From NCBI GenBank assembly GCA_964361825.1, contig CAYICB010000002.1, forward strand, positions 5,845 through 69,844: a stretch of 64,000 nt of DNA, given 5' to 3'. Made by a program: the position numbers and the translations under genes. Numbering within the stretch: the stretch's first letter is position 1; every line of letters begins with the position of its first letter. Under the pieces are notes generated by a model that had not been told where the DNA came from, did no database searches, and was given only the letters and a program-made list of their open reading frames with translations. Source of the DNA: an uncultured Candidatus Saccharibacteria bacterium. Its GTDB lineage: Bacteria > Patescibacteriota > Minisyncoccia > Phycocordibacterales > JACOZG01. Positions 42,905 to 52,934 of the stretch are shown here, piece by piece.

Positions 42905-44866
42905 TTATAAAATACTCTCTGGATCAACATTAACAATAAACCTTGGCGGCAAATTACGCAAAAAGCGATAAAGCTCCTCATCCGGCCCCCGCTCTGGATT
43001 AAGTCGGAGCAAAGCGTGCATGACAAACTGCCCCTTAACCTCCGAGGTAAAGGCAGGAAAAACTTCTGGCTCATAAGACGCGAGCGAGGCCTCAAGTTTT
43101 TTCATTTCCAAAATAATTTCTTGGCGCTTGCCTCGACGGGTAATCTTGATTAATTGCTTAAACGGCGGATAACCGAAGCGCTCGCGGTCAATAATTTCTT
43201 TTTGATAAAACTCGAGCAAACCACCACGAATTACTTCAGAAAAAATCGGCCATTCTGGATGTTTGGTCTGGATAATAAACTGTCGCTCGGCCAATAATCG
43301 CGCTCGCGATAACCAACCAAACAAACGCTCATTAATCCGAAAGTCGGGGAGAGTAAACAAACCATCAATCGCCGCCACAAACACATTGTCGACCTTTTGC
43401 GCGAGATAATAAAGCGCGAGCTCCGTACCCAAAAGTACGCCTTGAGGATCCGCCAAAAATTTGGCCACCACGGCTTTAGCCTGCTTTGGAGTTTTGGCCA
43501 CATCACTGTCTAAACGAAACAAGGCTGGTTCGGGAATAATCTTTTTTAATTCATTTTCGACCCGCTCAATCCCAATCCCAAATTGCTCCAAGCGCCAACC
43601 GCCACAATTAGCACAACGCTCTTCTACCGCCCGCGTTTCCTGACACTTATGACACAAAAGCAAGTAATCACCGGCGCCACCCTTGGTGTCGGTGCGTACT
43701 CGATGTAAAACAAGGGGAGAGCGACAACGCCGACACATCACCGCCTCGCCACAATCTTGACACAAAATGAGCGGGGCCAAACCTCTCCGACCAACCAAAA
43801 TCAGGGTTTTATCACCCCGCCGCGCGGCTTGAGCAATTAAGGCACTCAAACGCGGCGACAGCGCTTTAAACTCGCGATCGGCTGAATCTTCTTCTCTAAT
43901 CACCGGCGCTAGCTCTTGTCGCGCCGCCGAGAATAAGCGCGGTTTAAGCGGCGAGGCGGCAAAAAATTGGCCTCGCTCGGCGCGAAAAATAGTTTCTGCC
44001 CGCAAAGCGGTGTCGCCATAAACCAGTTTCCAACCGCCCGCTTCGGCCAAAATTTCGGCAAATTTACGGTAATCGACATAGGGCCGCTTCATTTCCTTAT
44101 ACCCACTAGAATTCTCGCGGTCCACAATAATTGCCCCAATATCTCGTCGCGGCAAAAAGATAAAAGTGGGCGTTACAATCACCAATACCGGATGAACTGA
44201 TTCTAGTGCTCGCCGCCAATTATCCCACAAATCCCGTTCGCTCAATTTGTGATGCAAAATCAAAAGATAGGTGTTAATCCCTTTGGCCAAAGTTTTAGCC
44301 GCGCGCTCCACCTCTAAAGCATTAGGACAAACCAAAAAAACCGACGCCCCGCGAGCAAACTCCGATCTCACCAAACTTTTATAAAAAGCCAAGCGATCCT
44401 CGTCTGTGCCCTGAAACACAATTTTATTAACGCGATCCGGGCGCACTTGAGCGGCATCGCTTTTGTCGACCGGCAAAATAGTGGCTGGTTCTAAATAACG
44501 ATTAAGGATAATCTGACTCGAAACACTTTTTAGGGTAGAACCAAGCGCCGCCACAAAATGACGCGCCGCGCCGCCAACCGCCTCAATAAAGACAGACGAA
44601 AAAAGATGTTTGGCCGAGTTCTTATCTGAACCACCCTTAAACATCAATTTTTTTAACGGATAACCAGCTTGACGCAACCCGCTTTTAACCGTTTCGGCTG
44701 GCACCACGCTTAAAACCAGGCCGGGGATAGCCCGTCCACGCACCGCCACTTTTACCAGAGTTCCCACTTCTGGCGCCACCGCCGAAAAATAGGTTAATTC
44801 CTCCAAAAAAACTCCTTTGGCAATAGGCATAACGGTAACCACTTTCATCGTTGTAGAAGATACCAC
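42905..44866 (-). CDS. priA: primosomal protein N' (PriA helicase)
   Basis: Helicase motifs; Cys-rich zinc region CQDCGEAVMCRRC...CHKCQ...CANCGG. Confidence 0.9.
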   Translation of the reverse strand: MVSSTTMKVVTVMPIAKGVFLEELTYFSAVAPEVGTLVKVAVRGRAIPGLVLSVVPAETVKSGLRQAGYPLKKLMFKGGSDKNSAKHLFSSVFIEAVGGAARHFVAALGSTLKSVSSQIILNRYLEPATILPVDKSDAAQVRPDRVNKIVFQGTDEDRLAFYKSLVRSEFARGASVFLVCPNALEVERAAKTLAKGINTYLLILHHKLSERDLWDNWRRALESVHPVLVIVTPTFIFLPRRDIGAIIVDRENSSGYKEMKRPYVDYRKFAEILAEAGGWKLVYGDTALRAETIFRAERGQFFAASPLKPRLFSAARQELAPVIREEDSADREFKALSPRLSALIAQAARRGDKTLILVGRRGLAPLILCQDCGEAVMCRRCRSPLVLHRVRTDTKGGAGDYLLLCHKCQETRAVEERCANCGGWRLEQFGIGIERVENELKKIIPEPALFRLDSDVAKTPKQAKAVVAKFLADPQGVLLGTELALYYLAQKVDNVFVAAIDGLFTLPDFRINERLFGWLSRARLLAERQFIIQTKHPEWPIFSEVIRGGLLEFYQKEIIDRERFGYPPFKQLIKITRRGKRQEIILEMKKLEASLASYEPEVFPAFTSEVKGQFVMHALLRLNPERGPDEELYRFLRNLPPRFIVNVDPESIL

Positions 44867-44886
44867 ATTTGGTAAAATAGAGCGTA

Positions 44887-45708
44887 GTGGCAGAAGAAAT
44901 TCATAAAAAATATATTCCTCTTGAGCACGCGGCCAGAAATCAAGCTGACCTGCGTCAATTAGAGAAACTTTGCGTTCAAGGCAAACTTGATGCCAAAAAA
45001 TTGAAGCGAGAGTGGTTCTTGGCGGCCGATGACTTAAGCTATGCTCAAGAATTGGCTCGTGGTTTCAATTTTCCGGATTTACTCCCGCTTGCCAAAAGCG
45101 CGACCGTAATTTTGCTTATTTTAGGCGGCGGTTGGCTTTTTGGCCACAGTCTCCGGCAAGTTCAAGGTTGGCAAAACCCCAAGGCTCCGGTGGGACCAGA
45201 AGTAATGCTCGCCGCGGCCGAACCGGTCTTTGAGCGCGTCACCCTCTCTCTGGCCGATCTTTATGGTGAGTGGCAAGATTTTTTAAAATTTGTTTCGAGC
45301 GAAATTTTTTACTACAACTATCGCCTGCGCACAGCTTGGAGTAATTTTGGTGGTAAAAAAGAACCACCAGCCGTAACCGCCATCACCCTTAATCCCAATA
45401 CCACGGTAACCGATAAAGAAACTCTTAAAAATGAAATCAAAAAAGAGCTTTTGGCCGAAATTGAGCGGGTGAGTAATTTGCCACCAAACTCAGATGGCGG
45501 CAATAATCAAGGTTTGGTCGTTTTTCCTTCCACCGGTGATCCAAAAAAGGACGCTTTAACTCAAGAAATTATTAAAGAAGCCTTCTCCAGCGAAATCTCG
45601 CTCCAAGTAGACTCTAGCGGCCGAGCCGGAATTATTACCCCCGTTTTCCAAAACACCAATAACGGCAATTATCTCTTCCTTATTACCCCCATCCAAACGG
45701 GCCCATGA
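44887..45708 (+). CDS. hypothetical membrane protein
   Basis: 273 aa with one TM helix after a ~70-aa cytoplasmic N-terminus. Confidence 0.4.
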   Translation: MAEEIHKKYIPLEHAARNQADLRQLEKLCVQGKLDAKKLKREWFLAADDLSYAQELARGFNFPDLLPLAKSATVILLILGGGWLFGHSLRQVQGWQNPKAPVGPEVMLAAAEPVFERVTLSLADLYGEWQDFLKFVSSEIFYYNYRLRTAWSNFGGKKEPPAVTAITLNPNTTVTDKETLKNEIKKELLAEIERVSNLPPNSDGGNNQGLVVFPSTGDPKKDALTQEIIKEAFSSEISLQVDSSGRAGIITPVFQNTNNGNYLFLITPIQTGP

Positions 45709-46496
45709 TCACACTCACTCCCGCCAAACTCGAAGTTAGTGTTGCCCCGGGCCAAGACTTCCTCGCCACCATTACTCTAGCCAATAAAAGCGAAGAAGAT
45801 TTGCTGGGCCGAGTTTTAATCGAGGATTTTGGCCCACCAGCATATTCTCTAAATCGCTTTCTAATTCCGGCCGTTCGAGAATTTGCGCTCGCCGCCGGCG
45901 AAACGCGCCAATTACCGCTTACGATCAAAATACCGGCCGATCAAGGCCCGGGCGGTCTCTACAGCTCGGTGGTGATTGGTTTCCGTCAAGCGGGAGAAAG
46001 TGCCAATTCCACCGAAAGCCGTTTGGCCAGCCTCCTGTTTGTGAAAGTTCCGGGTCAAACCCAAGAAGTGGGGGAATTAATCGACTTTGGTCAACTCGCG
46101 GGGCAAGGGAAATTGGGTCAATTTTATTTGACCTTCCAAAACACCGGCAATGTTTATCTTAATCCTTATGGTGTAATTACCATCAAACAACAAGGTTTTT
46201 TTAGCCTAAGAAGGGACACCAGAAAAGAGTTTACTGTTCCGATTGACCCTTGGTATGTGCTCCCCGGCGATACGCGGACTAGAGAAATCGGGCTTACTTA
46301 TCCACCTCAATCGATGAGCTACGGCCATTATCGAGCCGAAGTCTCGCTCAACCGCGGCTATCAAGATATTATCGACACCCGCGCCATCACCTTTTGGGTT
46401 TTACCACCAACATGGGTGCTGATTTTGGTTGGTCTCTTGTTTTTGGGTTTTTTGTTCGGCTTTGGTCGAAAGTTATTACGACATGGTAAAATTTAG
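45705..46496 (+). CDS. hypothetical cell-surface protein with C-terminal TM anchor
   Basis: 263 aa, beta-rich, with a C-terminal hydrophobic anchor plus a basic tail. Overlaps the upstream stop by 4 nt. Confidence 0.4.
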   Translation: MITLTPAKLEVSVAPGQDFLATITLANKSEEDLLGRVLIEDFGPPAYSLNRFLIPAVREFALAAGETRQLPLTIKIPADQGPGGLYSSVVIGFRQAGESANSTESRLASLLFVKVPGQTQEVGELIDFGQLAGQGKLGQFYLTFQNTGNVYLNPYGVITIKQQGFFSLRRDTRKEFTVPIDPWYVLPGDTRTREIGLTYPPQSMSYGHYRAEVSLNRGYQDIIDTRAITFWVLPPTWVLILVGLLFLGFLFGFGRKLLRHGKI

Positions 46497-46499
46497 GCA

Positions 46500-47240
46500 A
46501 TGAATCGAGGGTGGGGATTAATAGTTTTGATCTGTTTGCTGGGAGCGAGAATGGCTTCTGGTTATGTGGCCTCCAGCACCAATTATCGCTTGGAGAGCGA
46601 TAGTGTAAATTTTGGCGGCGGTTTTTCTAGTTCGACTAATTATGAAATTGAGAGCACGGCGGGAGAAGTGGCGACGGGGGAATCAGAAAGCACTAATTAC
46701 AAAATTAAGGCCGGTTACCAGCAAATGCTCGCGAGTTCTCTCTCGATCTCGGCTCCAAGCAATGTGAGTTTGGGTTCTATTGATGGCACTACCGGAGGGA
46801 GTGTGACCGGTTCAGTAGCCTGGACGGTGATTACCGACAACTCGGCTGGCTACATCCTAGCCGTGCGCTCAAGCACTAATCCGGCCTTGACCTCTGGTAG
46901 CAATACCATTGCCGATTATACTCCAACCGGCGCGGCGCCTGACTATGCGTGGTCGGTGGGGACGAGCGGGAGCGAATTTGGTTTTAGCCCCGAGGGCACT
47001 CATGTGGTCCAGCGTTATCTCGATAATGGGTCGAGTTGCAATACCGGCGCCAGTAATAATAGCGATACTTGTTGGGACGCTTTTTCTACCAGTAACACCA
47101 CCGTCGCGAGTAGTGCGAGCGGTAATTCTCCCACCGGCACCGCGAGCACCCTCAAGCTCCAAGCACAAATTGGCGCTGATGTAGAACCAAGCGACGGCAC
47201 TTATGCGGCCACCATTATTGCTACTGCCACCGCCCAATAA
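46500..47240 (+). CDS. secreted repeat protein (three S-T-N-Y motifs), Ser/Thr/Gly-rich
   Basis: Signal peptide; repeats SSTNYRLESDS..GGG / SSTNYEIES / ESTNYKIKAGY; low-complexity S/T/G tail. Confidence 0.4.
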   Translation: MNRGWGLIVLICLLGARMASGYVASSTNYRLESDSVNFGGGFSSSTNYEIESTAGEVATGESESTNYKIKAGYQQMLASSLSISAPSNVSLGSIDGTTGGSVTGSVAWTVITDNSAGYILAVRSSTNPALTSGSNTIADYTPTGAAPDYAWSVGTSGSEFGFSPEGTHVVQRYLDNGSSCNTGASNNSDTCWDAFSTSNTTVASSASGNSPTGTASTLKLQAQIGADVEPSDGTYAATIIATATAQ

Positions 47241-47245
47241 ACTCC

Positions 47246-49255
47246 GTGAGAAAAATTTTATTTTTAATTATCTTCGCCTTCAGCCTTCAAGCCCTAGCCG
47301 CCACCGACAATGTGGATATCAGTGTAGAAGTCTCTTGTCCGGAAGATAATTGCGCTTCATCTAGCGGCGGAGGCGGGGAGGAAGAAGAAGATCCGCCACC
47401 TGATCCCGACCCGGTGCTCGGTTGCACTGATCCTAGTGCCAGTAATTATAATTCTGCCGCCACGCAAAATGATGGCTCCTGCATCTACCCCAGCGATGAG
47501 GTGCCCAATGTTTCTGGCTTTACTGGTGATTATGATGAAACCAATGAAGAAATAAATTTAAGCTGGAACAATCCAAATTTTGCTGAATTTGATTCAATCA
47601 GAATTATCCGAGGCAACGGCTTTTTTCCTACTGGGCCAACTGATGGCATTTTAATTTATAGCGGCCCGGGCGAAAGCGCGGTTGATAATAATGTCACACC
47701 GGGTAACACTTATTATTACGCCGCCTTCGTTCGGAGTAATACTGGTGACTATTCTTCTGGCGCTTTGGCTAGCGTGGTGGTACCAGAAATCGAGCCGCCA
47801 CCAGAGGAGGAAGAGCCTCCGCCAGACGAAGAACTGCCACCCGATGAAGACGATGACGGAATTCCGGATGAAGAAGAAACGCCGGATCCTTTCGAAAACT
47901 TACCCCAAGCGCCGATTGTTGACCCGATTGTAGAACAATTAGATTTTGGCGATTTTGTGTTTATCCAACCCGGTGAGGGCCGACAATACTTTACTTCAGG
48001 GAGCACGGTGAGAATTAATGGCGCCAAAGATCTCACCGTGCTGATTGAGGCTAGTCGCGTGCCAAGCAATCTCAAAACGATCGCTATCACTCTCCGCGAT
48101 CCGCAAAATTGGCGAAAAACTTTTTCTTTCCTCCTCAAACCCAATCAAACTAATACCGCCTTCACCGCCACTATTGCGCCACTAGGCAAAAGTGGTAATT
48201 ACCCCATTTTTATCTCCATTGTGGATTTCGAAAATCAAAGTATCAAACGCCTGCAAGGCAATTTGCTGGTGGCGGCGGCTGGCGCTTTGGGGACCGGCAG
48301 AATTACCGAAGTAGCGGGAAGAATTGCCACGCCAATATTCATCACCACTGGCCTCGCGGTGGGCTTGGCGGAAAGTTTTTCTCTGCTCGGCCATATCCAA
48401 TCATTTTCTGATTTATACTGGATTATTATTCACCTGTTTAATGTGCTGGCGCGCGTTTTTGGCTTCCGGCGCAAGGTTAAACCTTGGGGCACAGTTTATG
48501 ACTCGGTTACCAAGCGGCCGCTTGACCCCGCTTATGTGGTGGTGCAAAGAAAGGGCGAGGAGGTAAATACGGCCATCACCGACCTCGATGGCCGATATGG
48601 CTTCTTGCTAGCTCCCGGTGCTTACGAACTGGTGGCCAATAAAACTCACTATCAATTCCCTTCTGTTCGTCTCGCTGGCCAAACCAATGACGAACTTTAC
48701 GACAATCTCTATCACGGCGGCGAAATGCAAACCGCCGAAGGGGAAGTAATTAATCGCAATATCCCACTTGACCCCATCGCCTTCGACTGGAACGAGTTTG
48801 CCAAAGACAAACAGGGTTTCTTTGTTCTCACTACCAAAAAAGAAAAAAGGCGCGCCAGAATTTCGGCCGCCCTCTACTTGGCTGGTTTAATTTTTGCCAC
48901 TTATCATCTTTTATTTAATCCAAACTGGCTCAATATTATTGCCGCCACGCTCTACCTCGCCACGCCCCTAGGTCGCGCTTGGTGGAAGCGCCGCCGACCA
49001 ATTAAACAAGTAAAAAGTTTGGTCACCGGCTTGCCCTCGCCTTATGCCATCGTCAAAGCCTTTTTACCCAAAGTAAATCAGCAGGTGCGCTCGGTGGTGG
49101 CCGACGCTCTCGGCCGCTTCTTCCTTCTCACGCCACCGGGCGAGTACTACTTCACGATTGAAGAAAAACAAGATGACGGTTCTTACAAAAAAGTCCTCGA
49201 GACGCCACCGATGAATCTCCCCAAAGGCGTCCTCGACCAAGACTTGACTTATTAG
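47246..49255 (+). CDS. large surface protein with a fibronectin-III-like domain, acidic Pro-rich linker, carboxypeptidase-regulatory-like domains and C-terminal TM helices
   Basis: Signal peptide. FN3-like segment (NLSWNNPN...GNTYYYAAFV). EEPPPDEELPPDEDDDG linker. GTVYDSVTKRPLDPAYVVVQRKGEEV..TDLDGRYGF resembles a CarboxypepD_reg fold. Confidence 0.5.
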   Translation: MRKILFLIIFAFSLQALAATDNVDISVEVSCPEDNCASSSGGGGEEEEDPPPDPDPVLGCTDPSASNYNSAATQNDGSCIYPSDEVPNVSGFTGDYDETNEEINLSWNNPNFAEFDSIRIIRGNGFFPTGPTDGILIYSGPGESAVDNNVTPGNTYYYAAFVRSNTGDYSSGALASVVVPEIEPPPEEEEPPPDEELPPDEDDDGIPDEEETPDPFENLPQAPIVDPIVEQLDFGDFVFIQPGEGRQYFTSGSTVRINGAKDLTVLIEASRVPSNLKTIAITLRDPQNWRKTFSFLLKPNQTNTAFTATIAPLGKSGNYPIFISIVDFENQSIKRLQGNLLVAAAGALGTGRITEVAGRIATPIFITTGLAVGLAESFSLLGHIQSFSDLYWIIIHLFNVLARVFGFRRKVKPWGTVYDSVTKRPLDPAYVVVQRKGEEVNTAITDLDGRYGFLLAPGAYELVANKTHYQFPSVRLAGQTNDELYDNLYHGGEMQTAEGEVINRNIPLDPIAFDWNEFAKDKQGFFVLTTKKEKRRARISAALYLAGLIFATYHLLFNPNWLNIIAATLYLATPLGRAWWKRRRPIKQVKSLVTGLPSPYAIVKAFLPKVNQQVRSVVADALGRFFLLTPPGEYYFTIEEKQDDGSYKKVLETPPMNLPKGVLDQDLTY

Positions 49256-49283
49256 CCCGTGTTTATTAGTCTCTGGAGAGACC

Positions 49284-49790
49284 TTGAAAGGAGGTGTTCT
49301 CGTGCAAGAAGATCCTTGGCAGAAAAAGAAGGAAGAGTTGCAAAGACAAATGGACGCTTGGGTAAAAACAACCGGGTTAATCCCCAGCACATCTAGGGTG
49401 GAGGTGTTGGTGGTGGTAAAAACAAGCGAGCAACTCCAAGCGAGTCTGCCACCATTCAAAATTGCTAATCGATCTCAAGATGGCACTAGCTTGGTACATC
49501 GCCCCTTAAATGAAAGTGAGGTGACGCAAATCCTTAGTCTTCCTTTCATCGACGTAGAAAAAAAGTTAATTACTTTGTTGGTCGAAAACGACAACCGACC
49601 ACTGACAAATAAACAACTCGTAGCAAACAAACTGGATTGCTACTTCTACAGTCAACCCAGTGCAAAGCTGAACAAGCTCTTTCGAGACAAGGGGGCACCT
49701 TTTCGTTTTCGAAAAATGCGGTCTGGAAGTAGGCGAGATCGAACGCTGGTTATCGCTTACGCCCTTTGCATGATCGAAACCAAGATTTGA
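49284..49790 (+). CDS. hypothetical protein (TTG start, AAGGAGG RBS)
   Basis: 168-aa ORF with no motif. Confidence 0.35.
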   Translation: MKGGVLVQEDPWQKKKEELQRQMDAWVKTTGLIPSTSRVEVLVVVKTSEQLQASLPPFKIANRSQDGTSLVHRPLNESEVTQILSLPFIDVEKKLITLLVENDNRPLTNKQLVANKLDCYFYSQPSAKLNKLFRDKGAPFRFRKMRSGSRRDRTLVIAYALCMIETKI

Positions 49791-49813
49791 GCGACCGCAA
49801 CCACCCGCCAGAT

Positions 49814-49836
49814 GTTTGACATCCGATGTCACACAT
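49814..49836. repeat. REP-like palindrome, divergent copy (TGTTTGACATCCGATGTCACACA) followed by a T-rich tract
   Basis: Same core (ACATCCGATGT) with symmetric compensatory changes in the arms, preserving the hairpin. Confidence 0.55.
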
Positions 49837-49885
49837 CCACGGCGGGTTTTCTTTTGTCTTTTTGCCGAAAAGAGCCTAGAATGGC

Positions 49886-51187
49886 GTGATGCCAAATGAT
49901 GAGCGGTTTATTATTGACGGCCTAAATTTGCCTACCGAGCAAAAGTTTTTGACGGGTAAAATTGCTGTCAGCGGAGCCAAAAATGACGCTTTGCCAGCTT
50001 TTGCCTCCAGCCTACTTTTTCGCGATACTCTTAAACTAAGCAATGTACCAGAAATTTCTGACATCACAGCAATGGCTAAATTGCTTGAAGTTTTGGGAGT
50101 AAAAACGGAGCCAAAAGCAGGTGGCCGATGGGAACTCTTTAGTGGCAAAAGTCCGTCCGCTACTCTTGAACCAGATATCGCCAAGCACTTCCGTGGTTCG
50201 GTGATTCTGCTTGGTCCAGTGCTCGCGAGAACGGGCGAAGTAATTTTTCCTCATCCCGGCGGTTGCGTGATCGGCGAGCGACCGATTGACCTCTTTTTAT
50301 CCGGCTTCCAAAAAATGGGGGCAGAAATTATCGAAAGCGATCACTCTTATGCCCTCCGCGCACCCAAAGGTCTCCACGGCGCCGAAATCTTTTTCAAACA
50401 TCAAACTGTTACCGCGACCGAGACCTTAATGATGGCCGCCGTGCTTGCTCAAGGCAAAACCGTGCTCAAAAATGCCGCTATGGAGCCCGAAGTGGTGGCG
50501 CTAGGCGAATTTTTAATTAAAGCCGGAGCTAAAATTAAGGGTTTGGGTAGTTCGACCATCGAGATTACCGGCCGCGGTGGCAAATTGCTTTCAGCCGCCA
50601 AATTAACGCGCAAAATTATTCCTGATCGTATTGAAGCGGGGAGTTTTGTCATTTTAGGCGCTTTGGCGGGGAAAAATTTTACCGTCACCAATCTCGAGCC
50701 AAAGCACCTAGAGTCGCTCACCAGCCTTCTCCTTGAGATGGGAATTAAGCTCAAAATTGAGACGAGCGCCATCACCATTCTCGAGCGCGCTACCACGCTT
50801 AAACCCATCAATCTCCGCACCCATGAGTACCCGGGCTTCCCCACCGATCTCCAAGCGCCCATGGCCGTGCTCCTCACTCAAGCCACTGGTCGGAGCGCCA
50901 TCTTCGAAACAATTTTTGAGGGTCGACTTGGTTATCTCGAAACGCTCAAATTGATGGGCGCTCAAGCTTGGATTCATGATCCGCATCAAGCCAGCCTTGA
51001 GGGGCCAACCCCCCTAAGAGCGCAAGAGGTCACAAGCCCCGACCTCCGCGCCGGTCTGGCTTATATTCTGGCGGGGACTATCGCTCGAGGAAAAACGGTG
51101 GTGCACAATGGCCACTATGTGGATCGCGGTTATGCCAAAATTGAAGCAAAATTACGCGGCGTGGGAGTAACAATTAGCAAAGAGTAA
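49886..51187 (+). CDS. murA: UDP-N-acetylglucosamine 1-carboxyvinyltransferase
   Basis: EPT fold. The active-site loop carries a Cys in the ~110-120 region (GGCVIGERPIDL). Confidence 0.9.
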   Translation: MMPNDERFIIDGLNLPTEQKFLTGKIAVSGAKNDALPAFASSLLFRDTLKLSNVPEISDITAMAKLLEVLGVKTEPKAGGRWELFSGKSPSATLEPDIAKHFRGSVILLGPVLARTGEVIFPHPGGCVIGERPIDLFLSGFQKMGAEIIESDHSYALRAPKGLHGAEIFFKHQTVTATETLMMAAVLAQGKTVLKNAAMEPEVVALGEFLIKAGAKIKGLGSSTIEITGRGGKLLSAAKLTRKIIPDRIEAGSFVILGALAGKNFTVTNLEPKHLESLTSLLLEMGIKLKIETSAITILERATTLKPINLRTHEYPGFPTDLQAPMAVLLTQATGRSAIFETIFEGRLGYLETLKLMGAQAWIHDPHQASLEGPTPLRAQEVTSPDLRAGLAYILAGTIARGKTVVHNGHYVDRGYAKIEAKLRGVGVTISKE

Positions 51188-52204
51188 ATGTCTTTATTTA
51201 TCCGTCAGCTTGGGATTGATTTAGGGACGGCCAACACTCTCGTTTTTGTGCCCGGCAAAGGGATTGTGCTCAATGAGCCCTCGGTCGTAGCGATCTCCCT
51301 TACTACCAACCGGATTGTGGCTGTGGGCTTAGACGCCAAAGAGATGATTGGCCGCACGCCCGATACTATCCGCGCTTATCGACCCATGAAGGATGGCGTG
51401 ATTGCCGATTATCGCGTCACGGAGGCGATGCTCCGTTATTACATTAATAAAGCGCTCGGCAAATTTAATATCTGGAAGCCAGAAGTAATGATTTCGGTGC
51501 CAGCCGGAGTAACCTCCACCGAGCGCCGCGCCGTCATTGAGGCGGCAATTAAGGCGGGAGCAAAAAGTGCCTATGTGGTTAAAGAACCGATTCTCGCCGC
51601 TATTGGCGCCGGCGTCCTCATCCAAGAGGCGCGGGGGCATATGATTGTGGATATTGGCGGTGGTACCACCGATGTGGCGGTGATCTCGCTGGGAGGCATT
51701 GTGGCCGCCACCTCGGTGAAGCATGCGGGTAATAAATTGGATCAAGCGATCGTGGAATACATCAAGAAAACCTTTAATCTCGCGATTGGTGATAAAACCG
51801 CCGAGGAGGTAAAAATTAAGATTGGCTCGGCGGTGCCGCTTGAGGATGAGCTGGTGCACACCATTAAGGGCCGCGACCTGATGAGTGGCCTACCGCGCTT
51901 TGCTGAAGTGCGAACCAATGAGATTGCCCGTGCCGTAGAGCCAGAATTAAAAGAGATTATTAAAGCCATTAAAGTGGTATTGCAAGAAACACCGCCAGAA
52001 TTATCGGCCGATATTATTGATCAGGGGATTATTATGAGCGGCGGTTCTTCTCTCTTGCGCAATTTCCCCGAACTGGTTTATCGCCGCACAGGAGTTAAGG
52101 CCTCGGTGGCCGAGGATGCCCTCTTTTGCGTCGTTAAAGGTACCGGCGTGGCCCTCGAGCACTTGGGCACTTACAAGCGACGCATTTTGGCCAAAAAACG
52201 CTAA
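51188..52204 (+). CDS. mreB: rod shape-determining protein MreB (copy 1)
   Basis: GIDLGTANTLVFV, DIGGGTTD, actin-fold motifs. Confidence 0.9.
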   Translation: MSLFIRQLGIDLGTANTLVFVPGKGIVLNEPSVVAISLTTNRIVAVGLDAKEMIGRTPDTIRAYRPMKDGVIADYRVTEAMLRYYINKALGKFNIWKPEVMISVPAGVTSTERRAVIEAAIKAGAKSAYVVKEPILAAIGAGVLIQEARGHMIVDIGGGTTDVAVISLGGIVAATSVKHAGNKLDQAIVEYIKKTFNLAIGDKTAEEVKIKIGSAVPLEDELVHTIKGRDLMSGLPRFAEVRTNEIARAVEPELKEIIKAIKVVLQETPPELSADIIDQGIIMSGGSSLLRNFPELVYRRTGVKASVAEDALFCVVKGTGVALEHLGTYKRRILAKKR

Positions 52205-52206
52205 GG

Positions 52207-52827
52207 ATGAAACTCGAGCATCATGCCTATTTAATAATCAGTGCGGAGGAAACAACTTTAATTGCCGACTTAAAAAAAGACTACCCCGAAGCCAATCATC
52301 AAAAATTTGAGCGCTTGGGGATTGAAGATAGTCGCGCGCTCGCGCTGGATCAAAGCCAAACCAATTGGCATGGGCACAAAAAAATTTTTATTCTTGAGAT
52401 TAATGATGCCACCATTGAGGCCCAAAACGCTTTGCTAAAAATGCTAGAGGAACCCACGGCCGAAACTCACTTTTTCCTCATCGTGCCAAATGCCGAAATT
52501 TTGCTCCCCACCGTCCGCTCCCGTCTCCAAACCCTAAGGGTAACCCTTAAAGACCCAAGGTGCGACCTTAATACCCAAACCGCCCAAGAATTCCTCGCCC
52601 TGATCCCAGCCAAACGCCTCGAATGGCTAAAAAATACCGATTTACCAAACAATTTTCTCGACCAGCTCGAAGTGGCAATGTTCAAACCCCAAGGTCGCAC
52701 CTTAAAAACCCAAAATTCAAGGTGCGACCTTAAATCATGGCCTGACCTCACCCTCGCCCGCCGTCACTGGCGAACCCCCGGCGCCAGCCACAAACTCTTG
52801 CTAGAACACTTAGCGGTGAGTTGCTAA
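52207..52827 (+). CDS. holB: DNA polymerase III delta' subunit-like (short)
   Basis: HAYLI..., ALLKMLEEP, LLPTVRSRLQ motifs. The C-terminal ~90 aa is encoded by palindromic repeat DNA. Confidence 0.65.
   Translation: MKLEHHAYLIISAEETTLIADLKKDYPEANHQKFERLGIEDSRALALDQSQTNWHGHKKIFILEINDATIEAQNALLKMLEEPTAETHFFLIVPNAEILLPTVRSRLQTLRVTLKDPRCDLNTQTAQEFLALIPAKRLEWLKNTDLPNNFLDQLEVAMFKPQGRTLKTQNSRCDLKSWPDLTLARRHWRTPGASHKLLLEHLAVSC
52554..52735. repeat. cluster of short palindromic repeats (AAGGTGCGACCTTAA / AAGGTCGCACCTTAA; CCCTAAGGG)
   Basis: Three copies (52554-52571, 52688-52714, 52717-52735) in both orientations within the 3' part of the holB ORF. Confidence 0.6.
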
Positions 52828-52934
52828 AATCGACAAAAAACCCTTGACAAGAGGGGTGCGTTATGATAGCTTGTCTCGCATTGGGGTTGTGTATATCCCA
52901 AAATGATTTAGCTCTTTGAAATGGAGAAAATTGT

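Noticed and set aside
52844-52872. Full sigma-70 promoter call for the island operon
   Set aside because: A perfect TTGACA exists but no convincing -10 at 16-18 nt spacing (only TATGAT at 12 nt). Kept as an observation inside the island finding rather than a feature.
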